Source: Candidatus Hadarchaeota archaeon
GTDB lineage: Archaea > CAYQAE01 > CAYVLA01
Direction of reading: 5' to 3'
DNA: 52,498 nt
Assembly (NCBI GenBank): GCA_964621445.1
Contig: CAZUNO010000021.1
Location: 1 to 52,498, forward strand
Below are positions 27,769 to 38,321 of the stretch, one piece after another. How positions within the stretch are numbered: position 1 is the stretch's first letter; each line of letters opens with the position of its first letter. The position numbers were made by a program, and so were the translations under genes. The notes below the pieces were generated by a model. That model saw only the letters and a list, made by a program, of their open reading frames with translations. It was not told the origin of the DNA and ran no database searches.

Positions 27769-29817
27769 TCACGATCCCCCATCTCGGAGGGCATCCACCA
27801 ATTTCTCCGTATCGCTGATCGGTTGTCCACAAGCGAAGTTACTACATACATATGCCATTGATCCCTCCTCGCTGGCAGGTATATCCCTGAGATAGGGTGC
27901 CAATTCCAGGATTCCTGAATCCTCCGGGTCATCAGGTCGGTGGAGAATCACGTTGTTAGGAAGATATTTGTCTCTCATCTCGTCAAGCATCCTCTCCGTG
28001 CTTTCGGACTGAAGGGGGCCGGTGATAACCACTTCTGAACCGGGAGCGAGGGCAAAACCAAGAGCGGAAAGGAAGTAACTATGGGCAGCGGGAGAATTGC
28101 GTACCTGCCCGGAGAAGAAGCTAACCGTCTTCCAGGCCTTCTGCTCTAGCTCCGTGTTTCCAGTTATTCTGGAAAGCCTGAGCATATCTAACAATGCAAC
28201 CGAATTACCGGAGGGAATGGATCCATCATATGCCTTCTTCTCCCTGGTTAGAATTGCCTCAACATAATCTGGTGTCAAGAAGAGACCTCCTTCTGGATCC
28301 CAAAAATGTTCAAGCATGAAATTAACCAGGCTTAGAGAATGTTGTATATGAATCGCTTTAAAATCAGCCTCGTACAACTCCATGAGGCCCCAGGCCAAGA
28401 ATGCGTAATCGTTCAATGTGCCATCTATTCCGGCCTCTCCCCTCCCATACCGGTGCATGAGCTTCCCGTCTGCGTCAAGCATGGTACCAACGATGAAATC
28501 AGCTGCCTTCCGAGCGGCATTTAGGTATTCTTCACTGTTCAGTACCCATGCCCCCCTGGCCAGGGCCGCAATTGCCAGGCCATTCCAATCGGTGAGTATC
28601 TTGCGGTCAGTTTCCGGTTTCTCTCGATCTTCCCTTGCCTCAAGTAGCTTCTTCCGGACTTCACCTTGCACTTTGGCCGGTACCTTGTCCCTTTTCCCGG
28701 GTTCGAGGTGCAATATGTTTTCTCCCTCTCCCCCCTGGGGAAAATTTCCCTCCGCTCCAACGCCAAAGATGGGGAAGGCAATCTCCGCCTCCTCCCCCAA
28801 TATCTCCTGTATCTCTTCCTGGGTCCAAGTGTAATATGCTCCCTCCTCACCATCAACATCCGCATCCTGAGCGGAGAAAAAGGCCCCTTCAGGAGACCTC
28901 ATTTCCCTGAGCATGTAGGCAAATACCTCCTCCGCGGTGGACGCGAACTCCTCCTGACCAGTAGCCTGATAAGCCTCCAGATAGGTTAGGGCGAGCATTG
29001 CTTGATCGTATAGCATCTTCTCAAAATGTGGGATCAGCCATGCCTCATCCGTGGAGTACCTGTGAAAGCCAAATCCTAACTGGTCAAATATCCCGCCATT
29101 CCTCATGGCCCTAATGGTCTTGGTGACCATGTCCATTGCCGTCCGTGACCCAGATCGGCGCCAGTATCGGAGTAGGAATAGGAGATTGTGTGGTGAGGGA
29201 AACTTGGGCTTGGTTCCAAAACCTCCATGAATTTCATCAAATTGATCCAAAAGCTGGCCGTATGCCTCCTCCAAAACCGTCTCATCCAGATCCCCACCAC
29301 CTTCCCCGCGAGATCCTTCCTGGATTTCTTCTACGATCATCTCTGCCCTTTCGATCAAATACCTCCTGTCCTCCTTCCAGAGAGAGCTAATTCTGGGAAC
29401 CAGGTCTTTCATTCCCACACGGCCAAATCGATTTTCCTTCGGGAGGTAGGTCCCGGCGAAAAACGGCTTCTTATCCGGGGTCATGATAATTGTTAATGGC
29501 CAGCCCCCCGATCCGGTCATCATCTGACATACCTTCATGTATATGCTGTCAAGGTCCGGGCGTTCCTCCCGATCAACCTTTATGTTCACGAAGGTTGCGT
29601 TCATCAACCCAGCCACATCCTCATCCTCAAATGACTCGCGGGCCATCACGTGGCACCAGTGACAAGTAGAATAACCGATTGACAGAAATATGGGTTTGCC
29701 CTCTCTCTTCGCCTTCCTGAAAGCCCTGGGACACCAGGGATACCAATTGACGGGATTATCGGCGTGTTGCCTTAGATATGGGCTTTTTTCCTCTGCCAGG
29801 TGATTAAGTCTTGACAT
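27769..29817 (-). CDS. thioredoxin-domain/(alpha/alpha)6 protein (DUF255, YyaL/SSP411 family)
   Basis: [43 protein letters not shown] and ILTDWNGL. Confidence 0.93.
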   Translation of the reverse strand: MSRLNHLAEEKSPYLRQHADNPVNWYPWCPRAFRKAKREGKPIFLSIGYSTCHWCHVMARESFEDEDVAGLMNATFVNIKVDREERPDLDSIYMKVCQMMTGSGGWPLTIIMTPDKKPFFAGTYLPKENRFGRVGMKDLVPRISSLWKEDRRYLIERAEMIVEEIQEGSRGEGGGDLDETVLEEAYGQLLDQFDEIHGGFGTKPKFPSPHNLLFLLRYWRRSGSRTAMDMVTKTIRAMRNGGIFDQLGFGFHRYSTDEAWLIPHFEKMLYDQAMLALTYLEAYQATGQEEFASTAEEVFAYMLREMRSPEGAFFSAQDADVDGEEGAYYTWTQEEIQEILGEEAEIAFPIFGVGAEGNFPQGGEGENILHLEPGKRDKVPAKVQGEVRKKLLEAREDREKPETDRKILTDWNGLAIAALARGAWVLNSEEYLNAARKAADFIVGTMLDADGKLMHRYGRGEAGIDGTLNDYAFLAWGLMELYEADFKAIHIQHSLSLVNFMLEHFWDPEGGLFLTPDYVEAILTREKKAYDGSIPSGNSVALLDMLRLSRITGNTELEQKAWKTVSFFSGQVRNSPAAHSYFLSALGFALAPGSEVVITGPLQSESTERMLDEMRDKYLPNNVILHRPDDPEDSGILELAPYLRDIPASEEGSMAYVCSNFACGQPISDTEKLVDALRDGGS

Positions 29818-30052
29818 ATTCTTCCTTCCTCTGATTGGCTCCTGGCCAATATTCCCAAAATGATACGGGGAAATGGATTAGAAGCTATTCCATCGAACTA
29901 TACCTCCCGTTGATGAATCTAAGCTACTTACTGCACCACCGACAGATAAGGGCATTTTGATTAGGAAATCCATTATGGACTTGAGATTCTTCCAATCCCC
30001 AGGGACTGAATAATCGCCAGCTTCTAGAGCTCCGGAGTTCTCAGAATTCGAG

Positions 30053-33000
30053 ATGGCATCATTGCCTAGGTTGATCCTGCTCGCTCTATTATTGATCCCA
30101 GCATCTACAATCTATGCAATTGACACCGAAGAGGAGGCCTTCCTCACCGAGATCAACGATTACAGGGCAAGCTATGGTCTCGATCCACTTTCATTATCTC
30201 CCACCTTGACCAATGCCTCCGAGGGCCACAGTCGAGATATGGCCAACAATGACTACTTCTCCCATACCGGTCTCGACGGGAGGTCACCATTTGATAGGAT
30301 GAGGGACGCTGGATATGATTACCCCACATCTATGGGAGAGAACATCGCCGCCGGATTCACAACCGCCCAACAGGTGTTTGAGGGGTGGAGGAACTCCCCT
30401 AGTCACAACGAGACAATGCTCTACCCCTCCTTCGTGGTCATAGGGATCGGTCGTCATTACAATCCCTCCTCCACCTACAATTGGTACTGGACGACTGATT
30501 TTGGGGGCTATGACGATTCCGGGTACCAGCCATCCCCTCCTCCAAAAGTTCAGATATCATCCCCAACCCATCCTGAACAGGGCAAATGGTACTCCTGCAA
30601 CGATACCACACTTGTTTGGAGTACGGATAGGGAAGCGGAGGGCTTCAGCTATCTCTTCGACCAGAATCCTCTTACCAACCCCGATACCACAGCCGATTGT
30701 GATTGCCTTCAGGTAAGTTTCAACGGGGTGGAGGACGGCACGTGGTACTTTCATCTAAGAGCGAAAGGAGAGGGCGGCTGGGGTGGAGCCAGACATTTCG
30801 CCCTGCACATCGATACAACTGCTCCTGACCCCCCTCCCATCAGCTCGTCCTCCCATCCCGTACAGGGCGAGCAATACCAGAATCCAGACCTCGAACTCCA
30901 GTGGACCCCTCCACAGGATGAATCCGGAATTGCTGGATATAGCTATCTATTGGATAGAAATCCCACCACCGTTCCCGACCAGGTCAGCGAAGGCTTGATA
31001 AGCGAAAAAAATTTCCCGGGTCTCGAGGAGGGTCCCTGGTATTTCCACCTCAGAGCCAGGGACCACGCCACTAACTGGGGAGCCGTCTCCCACTTCAGGA
31101 TAGAAATTAGAACCCCACCGGATGCAAATTTCTCTGCAAACCCTCGGGACGGCCCGGAGCCCTTGAGGGTTGATTTCACCGACCTTAGCTATTCTTCCGG
31201 GGAGATCGCCGGGCGATCATGGGATTTCGGCGATGGAGAAGCCAGCGATCAGACAAACCCCACCCATTACTACCAAAGTCCTGGCCTTTATACCGTGAAT
31301 CTGACGGTTTGGGAGGCGGATGGCGACGTCGACTCGGAAGTGAGAACTGACTTCATATCCGTCTCAGATGTCCAGCCGAACCAGACGGTGGTGGACCAAG
31401 CAAGCAGAGCCTGGTCACCGATAATCGGATTGGAGACCACTGGGGTATTGGCAAGCCAGGATTCATGCATCGCCCCATCCGCCCCTAATGAAATTCATGG
31501 TCATAATCAGGGACTGGTCATTGATTCCCATGGATCTAAAACATACCTGGAGTACGAACTCGGACCCGGCCAGGTATCGGGCAATGTTTTGAGAGCTACT
31601 CTCGCTCTTTATCTTTCCAATTTTATGGGAACGTCCTCCACTACCGTCTCGATCTCATACCTCCTCGACGCCGAATGGGCGGAAGGAAATCTGAGTTGGG
31701 AGAACCGTCCTGATACGGAAATTCACGAACTTGTATCATTGACCCTCGACCCATCCCTTTCGGGGCAGTACGTGTTCTTCGAATTACCTTCCCGGGTGGA
31801 GGAAGCTCTGGCCCTGGACAAAATAACCTTTGTGCTATCCATCGAATCCCCGGATTCGCGATTGGAATTCTCTTCCAGGGAGTCCTGCCTTAGGCCAGTA
31901 TTGGCCATCGGACATTCCGAGCTTCCAGTCCATGAATTAGAGGTTAGATCCCTTGATGATTCCGGGCTATTCGAAAATCACGGGCAAATATCCATCGATG
32001 GTACGCCCTTCTCGCCTCCCGATTCCCTGAAGGTGGTCGAGGGACCCTACAATGTTACCTATGTACCTGGATACCTGTTTAAGGAATGGTTAGTGGAAGG
32101 GGATGTCGAGGTTTCAGAGGAAAATTCGCGAACGACAAGGATAACCGTAGAGGGTAATGGAAGCCTTACTGCCCATGGAGAACTCACTAACCTCACCTAC
32201 CGCCACGATAACGGTCAAATGCAATATGACTTTTTGGGGGAGAGCGGAGAGGCCTTTGCGGTGTCCTTCTCGCCGGTCTTCAAATGCAGTGTGAATGCAG
32301 TCTCCGTCTATCTAAGCCATGTTCTCCCATCCCAGGAAGACGCCTTCCTGGTCTACCTAGAGGGACAGGATGGAAGTAACCTTTCCAGCCCTATCAGATA
32401 TGACCCCGACCAAACGGGTTGGAATCGCATCACTTTCGAGGAGCCCATTGTAGTTGAGGGAGTCTTTCTAGTCTGCCTCGAATTCCTCAATGATAATGAG
32501 CCCAATATTGGAATCCACGAAGAATTTCTAAACACCAGTTTCACGCTTGAAGAAGAGAAATGGCGGCCTTATCCGGCAGATTTCATGGTAAGAAGCCATG
32601 TTGAAAACCAAAGACCTCTTCTTAGGATCACGAAAATTTCGGCCTATTATCAGCAGGAACGCCCCGAGGTTGGAGACGAGATACAACTTGTGTGCAAGAT
32701 ATCCCCCCAGATGACCGCAGCGGTAGACGTTAACTCCACATCTCCCAGTGGGCATGAATTCAATACGACCCTAGTAAGCAACTCAACTGGTCATTTTTTC
32801 CTTAACTTCCAACCCTCAGTTGCAGGTCTCTGGTCCTTTACCTTCCGATTTCAGGGAGATGAAAATAAGGCTCCAGAACTAAAGACCCTGGACATCAATA
32901 TATCAAGAGGTGAAGTACAGATTAAGGTCCAATGTCCCTTCAGTAGTTACTTCGGGGAAGCGATACATATCCATGCATCATCAACCCCATTTCCGGTTCC

Positions 33001-33844
33001 CCTCAACCTTGAGATCAATGAAAAAGGCGGATGGAAATTAATAAGCACCATGAACCCATCCCCGAATGGTACCTGTCATTGGCTGGTATATCCTCCCCAC
33101 GCGGGGAGTTATTCCTTCAGGGTCACTTGGCCCGGAGACCAAAATTTGGGCCAATACTCCAGGATTAAGAACCACACCGTGTTCCGGGCAGATTCCGAAA
33201 TCATCCTCACGGCAAAGGAGCAAACGGTCGCCTATGGTTCATCGATAAAATTTGGTGGAACGATCAGCCCCTCCACGGTCGCCCGTGTGATATTGGAGAA
33301 ATGGCACGACTCCGGATGGACCACCCATGCCGAAGTCAACTCATCCCTGAACGGATCATACAAATTCTCATGGACACCTTCTTCCACAGGACACGTTTGG
33401 TTTCGCTCAAGATGGGAGGGAAACCAGGATCTTAGAGGGTCCAGTAGCGAGGTAGTTTCCATAAAAATTAGCAAGGCCAAAAGCAACCTCTCATGCCTGG
33501 CTGAGCCATCACATCTGGAACTCAATGAGACCACATGCATCATAGGACACATAGAGCCCCCAACACAAGCCGAGGTTCTAATCGATCTCATCGAACCTAA
33601 CGAAATGAGCAAATCGATAATGGTGATGACCAACTCTAGCGGGTTCTTCCACCATAATTTAACTCCTGAAAGGAATGGTACATGGAGAATAGTAGCTTCA
33701 TGGAAAGGGGATGAATCCTATTATGGACATTCCTCACCCGAGATCTTGATACATATCGGGTCCCTGGTGGGCACTGCCTTGCGGGTCCTACTCCTTTTGC
33801 CTTTTCTAATCCTCCCTATCTCTAGCCAAAGGGAGACTAAATGA
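30053..33844 (+). CDS. large secreted/surface protein: CAP (SCP) domain, two FN3-like repeats, PKD, DNRLRE-like domain, Ig-like repeats, C-terminal hydrophobic anchor
   Basis: Signal peptide. CAP motifs (HSRDMA..DYFSH, GENIAAG, W.NSPSH, YWTTDFG). PKD motif WDFGDG..S...NPTH.Y..PG.YTV.LTV. Repeated W.GD.NY-type Ig domains. Confidence 0.85.
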   Translation: MASLPRLILLALLLIPASTIYAIDTEEEAFLTEINDYRASYGLDPLSLSPTLTNASEGHSRDMANNDYFSHTGLDGRSPFDRMRDAGYDYPTSMGENIAAGFTTAQQVFEGWRNSPSHNETMLYPSFVVIGIGRHYNPSSTYNWYWTTDFGGYDDSGYQPSPPPKVQISSPTHPEQGKWYSCNDTTLVWSTDREAEGFSYLFDQNPLTNPDTTADCDCLQVSFNGVEDGTWYFHLRAKGEGGWGGARHFALHIDTTAPDPPPISSSSHPVQGEQYQNPDLELQWTPPQDESGIAGYSYLLDRNPTTVPDQVSEGLISEKNFPGLEEGPWYFHLRARDHATNWGAVSHFRIEIRTPPDANFSANPRDGPEPLRVDFTDLSYSSGEIAGRSWDFGDGEASDQTNPTHYYQSPGLYTVNLTVWEADGDVDSEVRTDFISVSDVQPNQTVVDQASRAWSPIIGLETTGVLASQDSCIAPSAPNEIHGHNQGLVIDSHGSKTYLEYELGPGQVSGNVLRATLALYLSNFMGTSSTTVSISYLLDAEWAEGNLSWENRPDTEIHELVSLTLDPSLSGQYVFFELPSRVEEALALDKITFVLSIESPDSRLEFSSRESCLRPVLAIGHSELPVHELEVRSLDDSGLFENHGQISIDGTPFSPPDSLKVVEGPYNVTYVPGYLFKEWLVEGDVEVSEENSRTTRITVEGNGSLTAHGELTNLTYRHDNGQMQYDFLGESGEAFAVSFSPVFKCSVNAVSVYLSHVLPSQEDAFLVYLEGQDGSNLSSPIRYDPDQTGWNRITFEEPIVVEGVFLVCLEFLNDNEPNIGIHEEFLNTSFTLEEEKWRPYPADFMVRSHVENQRPLLRITKISAYYQQERPEVGDEIQLVCKISPQMTAAVDVNSTSPSGHEFNTTLVSNSTGHFFLNFQPSVAGLWSFTFRFQGDENKAPELKTLDINISRGEVQIKVQCPFSSYFGEAIHIHASSTPFPVPLNLEINEKGGWKLISTMNPSPNGTCHWLVYPPHAGSYSFRVTWPGDQNLGQYSRIKNHTVFRADSEIILTAKEQTVAYGSSIKFGGTISPSTVARVILEKWHDSGWTTHAEVNSSLNGSYKFSWTPSSTGHVWFRSRWEGNQDLRGSSSEVVSIKISKAKSNLSCLAEPSHLELNETTCIIGHIEPPTQAEVLIDLIEPNEMSKSIMVMTNSSGFFHHNLTPERNGTWRIVASWKGDESYYGHSSPEILIHIGSLVGTALRVLLLLPFLILPISSQRETK
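30545..31112 (+). repeat. tandem intragenic duplication of a ~97-aa FN3-like domain
   Basis: ISS..HP.QG..Y...G.SYL.D.NP.T.PD...WYFHLRA...WG...HF occurs twice, starting near 30545 and 30839. Confidence 0.8.
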
Positions 33845-35461
33845 TTACCTTTGATCGCTGGGAGATGCGACCTTTATCGGGACATCGATAACCGTGGGGG
33901 CATCCTCCTTAAACCCCGACTTTATGGCCTCTCTGATCTCCGTCTTCCCGGACAGGCGCACGCCATTAGCTCCAAATCCCCTAGCAACCTCATCGTATCG
34001 TATTTCGCCGGTCTCGCAGGCCATGGTTCCCTTTTCCCATGATTGACGCTGGCCGCAGACCACTATTCCCCAGGCACTATCATTGGCGACAACCGCGACA
34101 AAGGGTAAATTCTGTCTAACCGCCGACTCGAGCTCAGAGGGAGTGAATCCAAAGGCGCCGTCGCCAGACAGCAGCAACACATCCCGCTCCGGATGCGCCC
34201 TTTTGGCGGCCATGGCTCCCGGTAAGCCCCATCCCACAACTGCGCTTGCCCCGCAGGTCAGCCAGTAGGACGGATACCGATGTGCCAGAACCATGTGCGC
34301 CCACTGCCCAATATTTCCACCATCGATTAGGAATAGTCTATCCCCATCCAATAGAGGCCTAAGAACCTCGACTAGATCCCTTCCCGTCTGCACCTCGGTT
34401 CCAACAACTCCGGTATTCCAGGGTTTCCTGAAATTCTCTAGCCTGCTTCTGCAAACCTTCATCCATTCCTTCCTAACCTCGGGCTGTCCGCCCTTGGATA
34501 ATCGGGCCAATATCTGACCTGGATCCCCGGTGATTTGCATTTCGTAGTCGGTTTCGCAAAAAGTTGGTTTCCAATCCACGCTGATTCTGGTAACTTCCTT
34601 CTTGACCTTTGAAGGGGACAGGTAGCCAACTCGGTAATCCGCCTCTGCTCCTGCCATTATTACCAGATCGGCATCTTCAAGCAATCTAGGCTCACCGCTC
34701 GCAGCACCGAGAACGCCCATGAAATTGGGATGATTGCTCTGGATGCACCCCCTATCCCATATGGGAACCCCCATGGGAACCGAGAATTTCTCGCTAAAGG
34801 TTATGATTGATTCCCGATAATCTGACCTTAAACAACCCGTACCGAGGACAAGGAATGGTTTGGCTGAGTTCATTAGCATCTTTCGGGCACGAAGGATGGA
34901 ATCCTCCCTTGGTGTTGGTGATTGCGCCTTCTCCACTGGCTTCGGGGGTTTGGCATACTTTACCTCGGATCTAAATACTTCCAGGGGTATTGTCAGGTGG
35001 ACGGGGCCGGGTGGTTCGCTTATTGCCAGGAATATGGCCCTGCGTAACTGGTAAAAAGCATCCTCGGACCTTCTAATGAAGGAAGAATACTTGCATATGG
35101 GATCAGCCAGACCGACTTGATCAAACTCCTGAAAATCCCCTCTATGCCCCCCGTAACCCGAACTGGCCCCGGTTATCAGTAAAACCGGCGCACGGTCAAA
35201 ATAAGCATTTGAAATTCCGGTTAAGGCATTTACATGGGCTATCCCGCTGCTGACAACACAAACACCTAACTCTCCCGTAAGCCGGGCATATCCATCGGCC
35301 ATGTATGATGCTGCTTGTTCATTATGGGTGTCTATGACATCAAGTCCCCACCTACGACATGCCCTATAGAAAGGATCGGTTCCATTTCCGCAAAGCGTGG
35401 AAACCCATTCAACGCCCTGGACCTGGAGCTGTTCGACTATCAGATCAGCCACAATCGTCAT
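33845..35461 (-). CDS. thiamine diphosphate-dependent enzyme (acetolactate synthase/2-hydroxyacyl-CoA lyase-like); start moved to ATG 35461
   Basis: HNEQAASYMADGYARLTG, PPGPVHLTIP, and the ThDP-binding GDGAFGF...ND motif. Confidence 0.9.
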   Translation of the reverse strand: MTIVADLIVEQLQVQGVEWVSTLCGNGTDPFYRACRRWGLDVIDTHNEQAASYMADGYARLTGELGVCVVSSGIAHVNALTGISNAYFDRAPVLLITGASSGYGGHRGDFQEFDQVGLADPICKYSSFIRRSEDAFYQLRRAIFLAISEPPGPVHLTIPLEVFRSEVKYAKPPKPVEKAQSPTPREDSILRARKMLMNSAKPFLVLGTGCLRSDYRESIITFSEKFSVPMGVPIWDRGCIQSNHPNFMGVLGAASGEPRLLEDADLVIMAGAEADYRVGYLSPSKVKKEVTRISVDWKPTFCETDYEMQITGDPGQILARLSKGGQPEVRKEWMKVCRSRLENFRKPWNTGVVGTEVQTGRDLVEVLRPLLDGDRLFLIDGGNIGQWAHMVLAHRYPSYWLTCGASAVVGWGLPGAMAAKRAHPERDVLLLSGDGAFGFTPSELESAVRQNLPFVAVVANDSAWGIVVCGQRQSWEKGTMACETGEIRYDEVARGFGANGVRLSGKTEIREAIKSGFKEDAPTVIDVPIKVASPSDQR

Positions 35462-35586
35462 GGATGGAATACCATTTGATCTCCTATTTAAGATTAATCT
35501 GGACATTGGCCCTCACACGTTTTGAATACCACCATCTAACCATCATTCTTTTTAGGGCTCAAGCAAAACTTCCACAAGGTTCATAT

Positions 35587-36411
35587 ATGTCGGAAATCAG
35601 ATTTTGGTATCATTTACCGGTAACACGCCCGGTGAGGGAGGTCCTTGAATGCGCAAAAAAGGGAGAGGAAGTGGGTTTTGATGTGGTTTCCCACCAGGAT
35701 CATTTCCTAAAGGTGAGCGAGGAGAAGGGATGTGTTCCAGAGCTCTGGACCATGTTAACTACAATATCCACTAACACCAATCTAACCGTGAGTCCACTGG
35801 TCATGTGCAATCTTTTCAGGAACCCGGCCCTGGTGGCCAAGATGGTTGCAACTATCGATCAGCTTACCCGCGGGAGGGTCTACCTAGGAGTAGGAGCGGG
35901 CTGGTGGGAAGATGAATTCAAAGCTTATGGATACCCATGGCTCTCTCCAAAGAAGAGGGTTGACAGAGCCATCGAATCCACCGAGATCATCAAAAGACTT
36001 TGGTCCCAGGATACGGTTAACTACGACGGAGATTTCTGGAACCTCGAAAACTGTAATCTCGTGCCCAGGCCGTACTCGGATCCACATCCCCTTATATGGA
36101 ATGGTGGCTCAGGGCCTAGAATGCTGAAGATGACGGGCCAGCTTTGCGATGGGTGGACCACCCCGATCTCCGATCCGGATGATTTTGAGGAGAAGAAGAA
36201 ATTCATACTCAAACATTCGGATGAGTCCGATAAGTTATTTGCCCATTTCTTCCAAATGGGTCCCTCCGGCCTCGGTGTTGACGAGGCGAGGGTCAGAATT
36301 GAGAACTTGATGGATCTGGGTGTTACCCATTTCATAGTAATCCTCAGACCGGACACCGAAAACCTCAGTATGCTAGATCAATGTAAGGATCTTATAGCGG
36401 AGTTCAGGTAG
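35587..36411 (+). CDS. luciferase-like (LLM class, probably F420-dependent) oxidoreductase; start moved to ATG 35587
   Basis: E.VGFD....DHF, FRNPALVAKMVATIDQLT.GR..LGVGAGW...EF.AYG and GGSGPRML. Confidence 0.88.
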   Translation: MSEIRFWYHLPVTRPVREVLECAKKGEEVGFDVVSHQDHFLKVSEEKGCVPELWTMLTTISTNTNLTVSPLVMCNLFRNPALVAKMVATIDQLTRGRVYLGVGAGWWEDEFKAYGYPWLSPKKRVDRAIESTEIIKRLWSQDTVNYDGDFWNLENCNLVPRPYSDPHPLIWNGGSGPRMLKMTGQLCDGWTTPISDPDDFEEKKKFILKHSDESDKLFAHFFQMGPSGLGVDEARVRIENLMDLGVTHFIVILRPDTENLSMLDQCKDLIAEFR

Positions 36412-36413
36412 AA

Positions 36414-37199
36414 CTAGATAATTCCGGCCTGGGTCAGTCCCCAGTAAGTAGCCCATGCCAGGAGAGCCAGGGCGACCCAGCCAACATATATGTGGATCTT
36501 TCTCAGGGCCATCTTGGCCTTCCGCACCCTGGTCACAATCTCTCCTAGAATCAGATTTGCTATCACCGCCACCGTGGCTGCTAATCCCACATAGGAATGG
36601 GGAACCCTGATATGTCCACTGCCCCACTCTTCCACCATATATATCCCTATCACAAGTCCTGCAATGACGGCGATCGATTGCGCGTAGGCAAAATATTTGT
36701 GAGCCTTAAACCACCACCGGTGCCCTTTAAGATAAATCATTACCACCGAAGCCATGCCCAGGCCGAATGCAAACCCCGTTGTTATGGCGTGCAGTATCCA
36801 GAGCTCCAAGCCACCATCAGGGCTTTCATCCGAGTCTATAACTAGCTCACGGGTCCCGGAACCGCCGAAGCTGCAATCAACCGTTATCTCGAATGTATCA
36901 CCGGCCTCCGCCGCCACCTCATATCTATATATGAAACTGTCGTCAGTGGGCTGGGATGAATAATTCTCGGTTAGGTAGATATCTCCATTCCTCCTTATCT
37001 CCGTGTAGTTTAGGAAATGAGCCGGGCTTGAGACTAAATGAGTGTACTCGACCACTATTTCGCCCGCTTTCTGATCATATGATACGGTCATGCTGGAGGG
37101 TGGATGGCCCAAGACAGGCCATACGAAAAGTATTGCTGCCGATAATATGAATAATCGATTTCTCAGATCATGGAGGTGATAGCTTGCCACCTTCATCAT
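36414..37199 (-). CDS. secreted His/Cys-containing beta-sandwich domain fused to a 4-TM cytochrome b561-like domain
   Basis: Signal peptide, then HPPS...H...H...C. Four TM helices each carry a His (ILHA, KAHK, VPHS, KIHI). Confidence 0.65.
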   Translation of the reverse strand: MMKVASYHLHDLRNRLFILSAAILFVWPVLGHPPSSMTVSYDQKAGEIVVEYTHLVSSPAHFLNYTEIRRNGDIYLTENYSSQPTDDSFIYRYEVAAEAGDTFEITVDCSFGGSGTRELVIDSDESPDGGLELWILHAITTGFAFGLGMASVVMIYLKGHRWWFKAHKYFAYAQSIAVIAGLVIGIYMVEEWGSGHIRVPHSYVGLAATVAVIANLILGEIVTRVRKAKMALRKIHIYVGWVALALLAWATYWGLTQAGII

Positions 37200-37277
37200 G
37201 CCCCCGGTACCAATCCTCCCTGAGCCTTTTCTTTAAACTGATAATGCTTTTGGACCTCGTACATTTATCCGAAAAGC

Positions 37278-38168
37278 TTAGCCGCTGTTAATTATTTCCC
37301 GGCTATAGCAATAGGTCCAGTCAACGACCTTGTACCCCATATTTGTGTAGAACAGGAATGCCCTGTAATTCTTGCTGTCGGTGCTGATTGAGGCGGTGTT
37401 ATAGCCGGCACCATGCATCTCATTCAGTGCGGTGGACAGAAGGCACCGGCCCAAACCCCTTCCCTGGTATTCATCATTCACACCTATCCACTCCGTGAAA
37501 AACCAGCCCTGGAGTATTTCAGAATCCGAAAATTCTCCGCAGGAGATGCAGCTACATTTGCCTATCTCCTCTCCCTTGCTCATTGCCCTTACTACTAGTC
37601 CAGGTCGAACTCCACGGCCCGGTTTCCACTCCAATTCGATATCATGATCTACATCCGTGGTTCCAGGAGAAACCGGGGTGAAATTACGCCAATCCATAAA
37701 AACCTCGCCTTTATAACGTCGGTAGCCGTTAACCCCCAGTATGGCTTCCACATGTCCCAAAAGACTTGACAAATAAGCGTGTTTGAAGCAGTAAAATGGA
37801 TACCGATATCTAAAATGGAAAGCGACCACCCTTTGAACTCCGTGACACGAGAAGTACTCATCCACGTTATCCAGGAGTTCCTGGCCTACCTTTCTGAATC
37901 CTGGTCGATACCAGTAGAATCTAAGAGCTCCCTGATCACCCCCTTTTTTCCGTTTTTCGAGTGCACAGTGGGCAAAGCCCAAAAATCGCCCTCCTGCCCT
38001 GGCTAAAAACACCACCTGGGAATGCATTTTATCTCCTTTACCGGAGCATATTTCGGAGGTAAATCTATCAACATCCACGGGATAGCAGTGAGGAACATCC
38101 TCAACCGCCTCGTTGTACAGGGAACACATGTCCCCTGCCATACGGGACTCGTACCTCAAAATTGCCAA
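37278..38168 (-). CDS. tandem GNAT family N-acetyltransferase
   Basis: YRPGFRKVGQ.LL and IGVNDEYQGRGLGR..L...N..AFLFYTNMGY acetyl-CoA-binding motifs. GAGGTGA SD. Confidence 0.85.
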   Translation of the reverse strand: MAILRYESRMAGDMCSLYNEAVEDVPHCYPVDVDRFTSEICSGKGDKMHSQVVFLARAGGRFLGFAHCALEKRKKGGDQGALRFYWYRPGFRKVGQELLDNVDEYFSCHGVQRVVAFHFRYRYPFYCFKHAYLSSLLGHVEAILGVNGYRRYKGEVFMDWRNFTPVSPGTTDVDHDIELEWKPGRGVRPGLVVRAMSKGEEIGKCSCISCGEFSDSEILQGWFFTEWIGVNDEYQGRGLGRCLLSTALNEMHGAGYNTASISTDSKNYRAFLFYTNMGYKVVDWTYCYSREIINSG

Positions 38169-38321
38169 CTGCTCACCTCAAAAGTCCAGGGTTCTGGTCA
38201 CGACTCCCCTATATATTTGAATACAAATACATCGTTCTCAGGGCAGGGTCAATACATAATATGTGGAAGTACCTGCCATCAGCCTGTGGCCTATACTCTT
38301 AGGAATTACCCGGGAAATGAT

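Noticed and set aside
22034-35461. Glyoxylate carboligase plus tartronate semialdehyde reductase pathway (ThDP enzyme plus dehydrogenase)
   Set aside because: The genes are 11 kb apart, and the ThDP enzyme keeps the conserved Glu (HNEQ) that glyoxylate carboligase lacks.
35359-35586. Extensions of the LLM and ThDP-enzyme ORFs
   Set aside because: The conserved domains start at 35587(+) and 35461(-). The overlap is an ORF-calling artefact.
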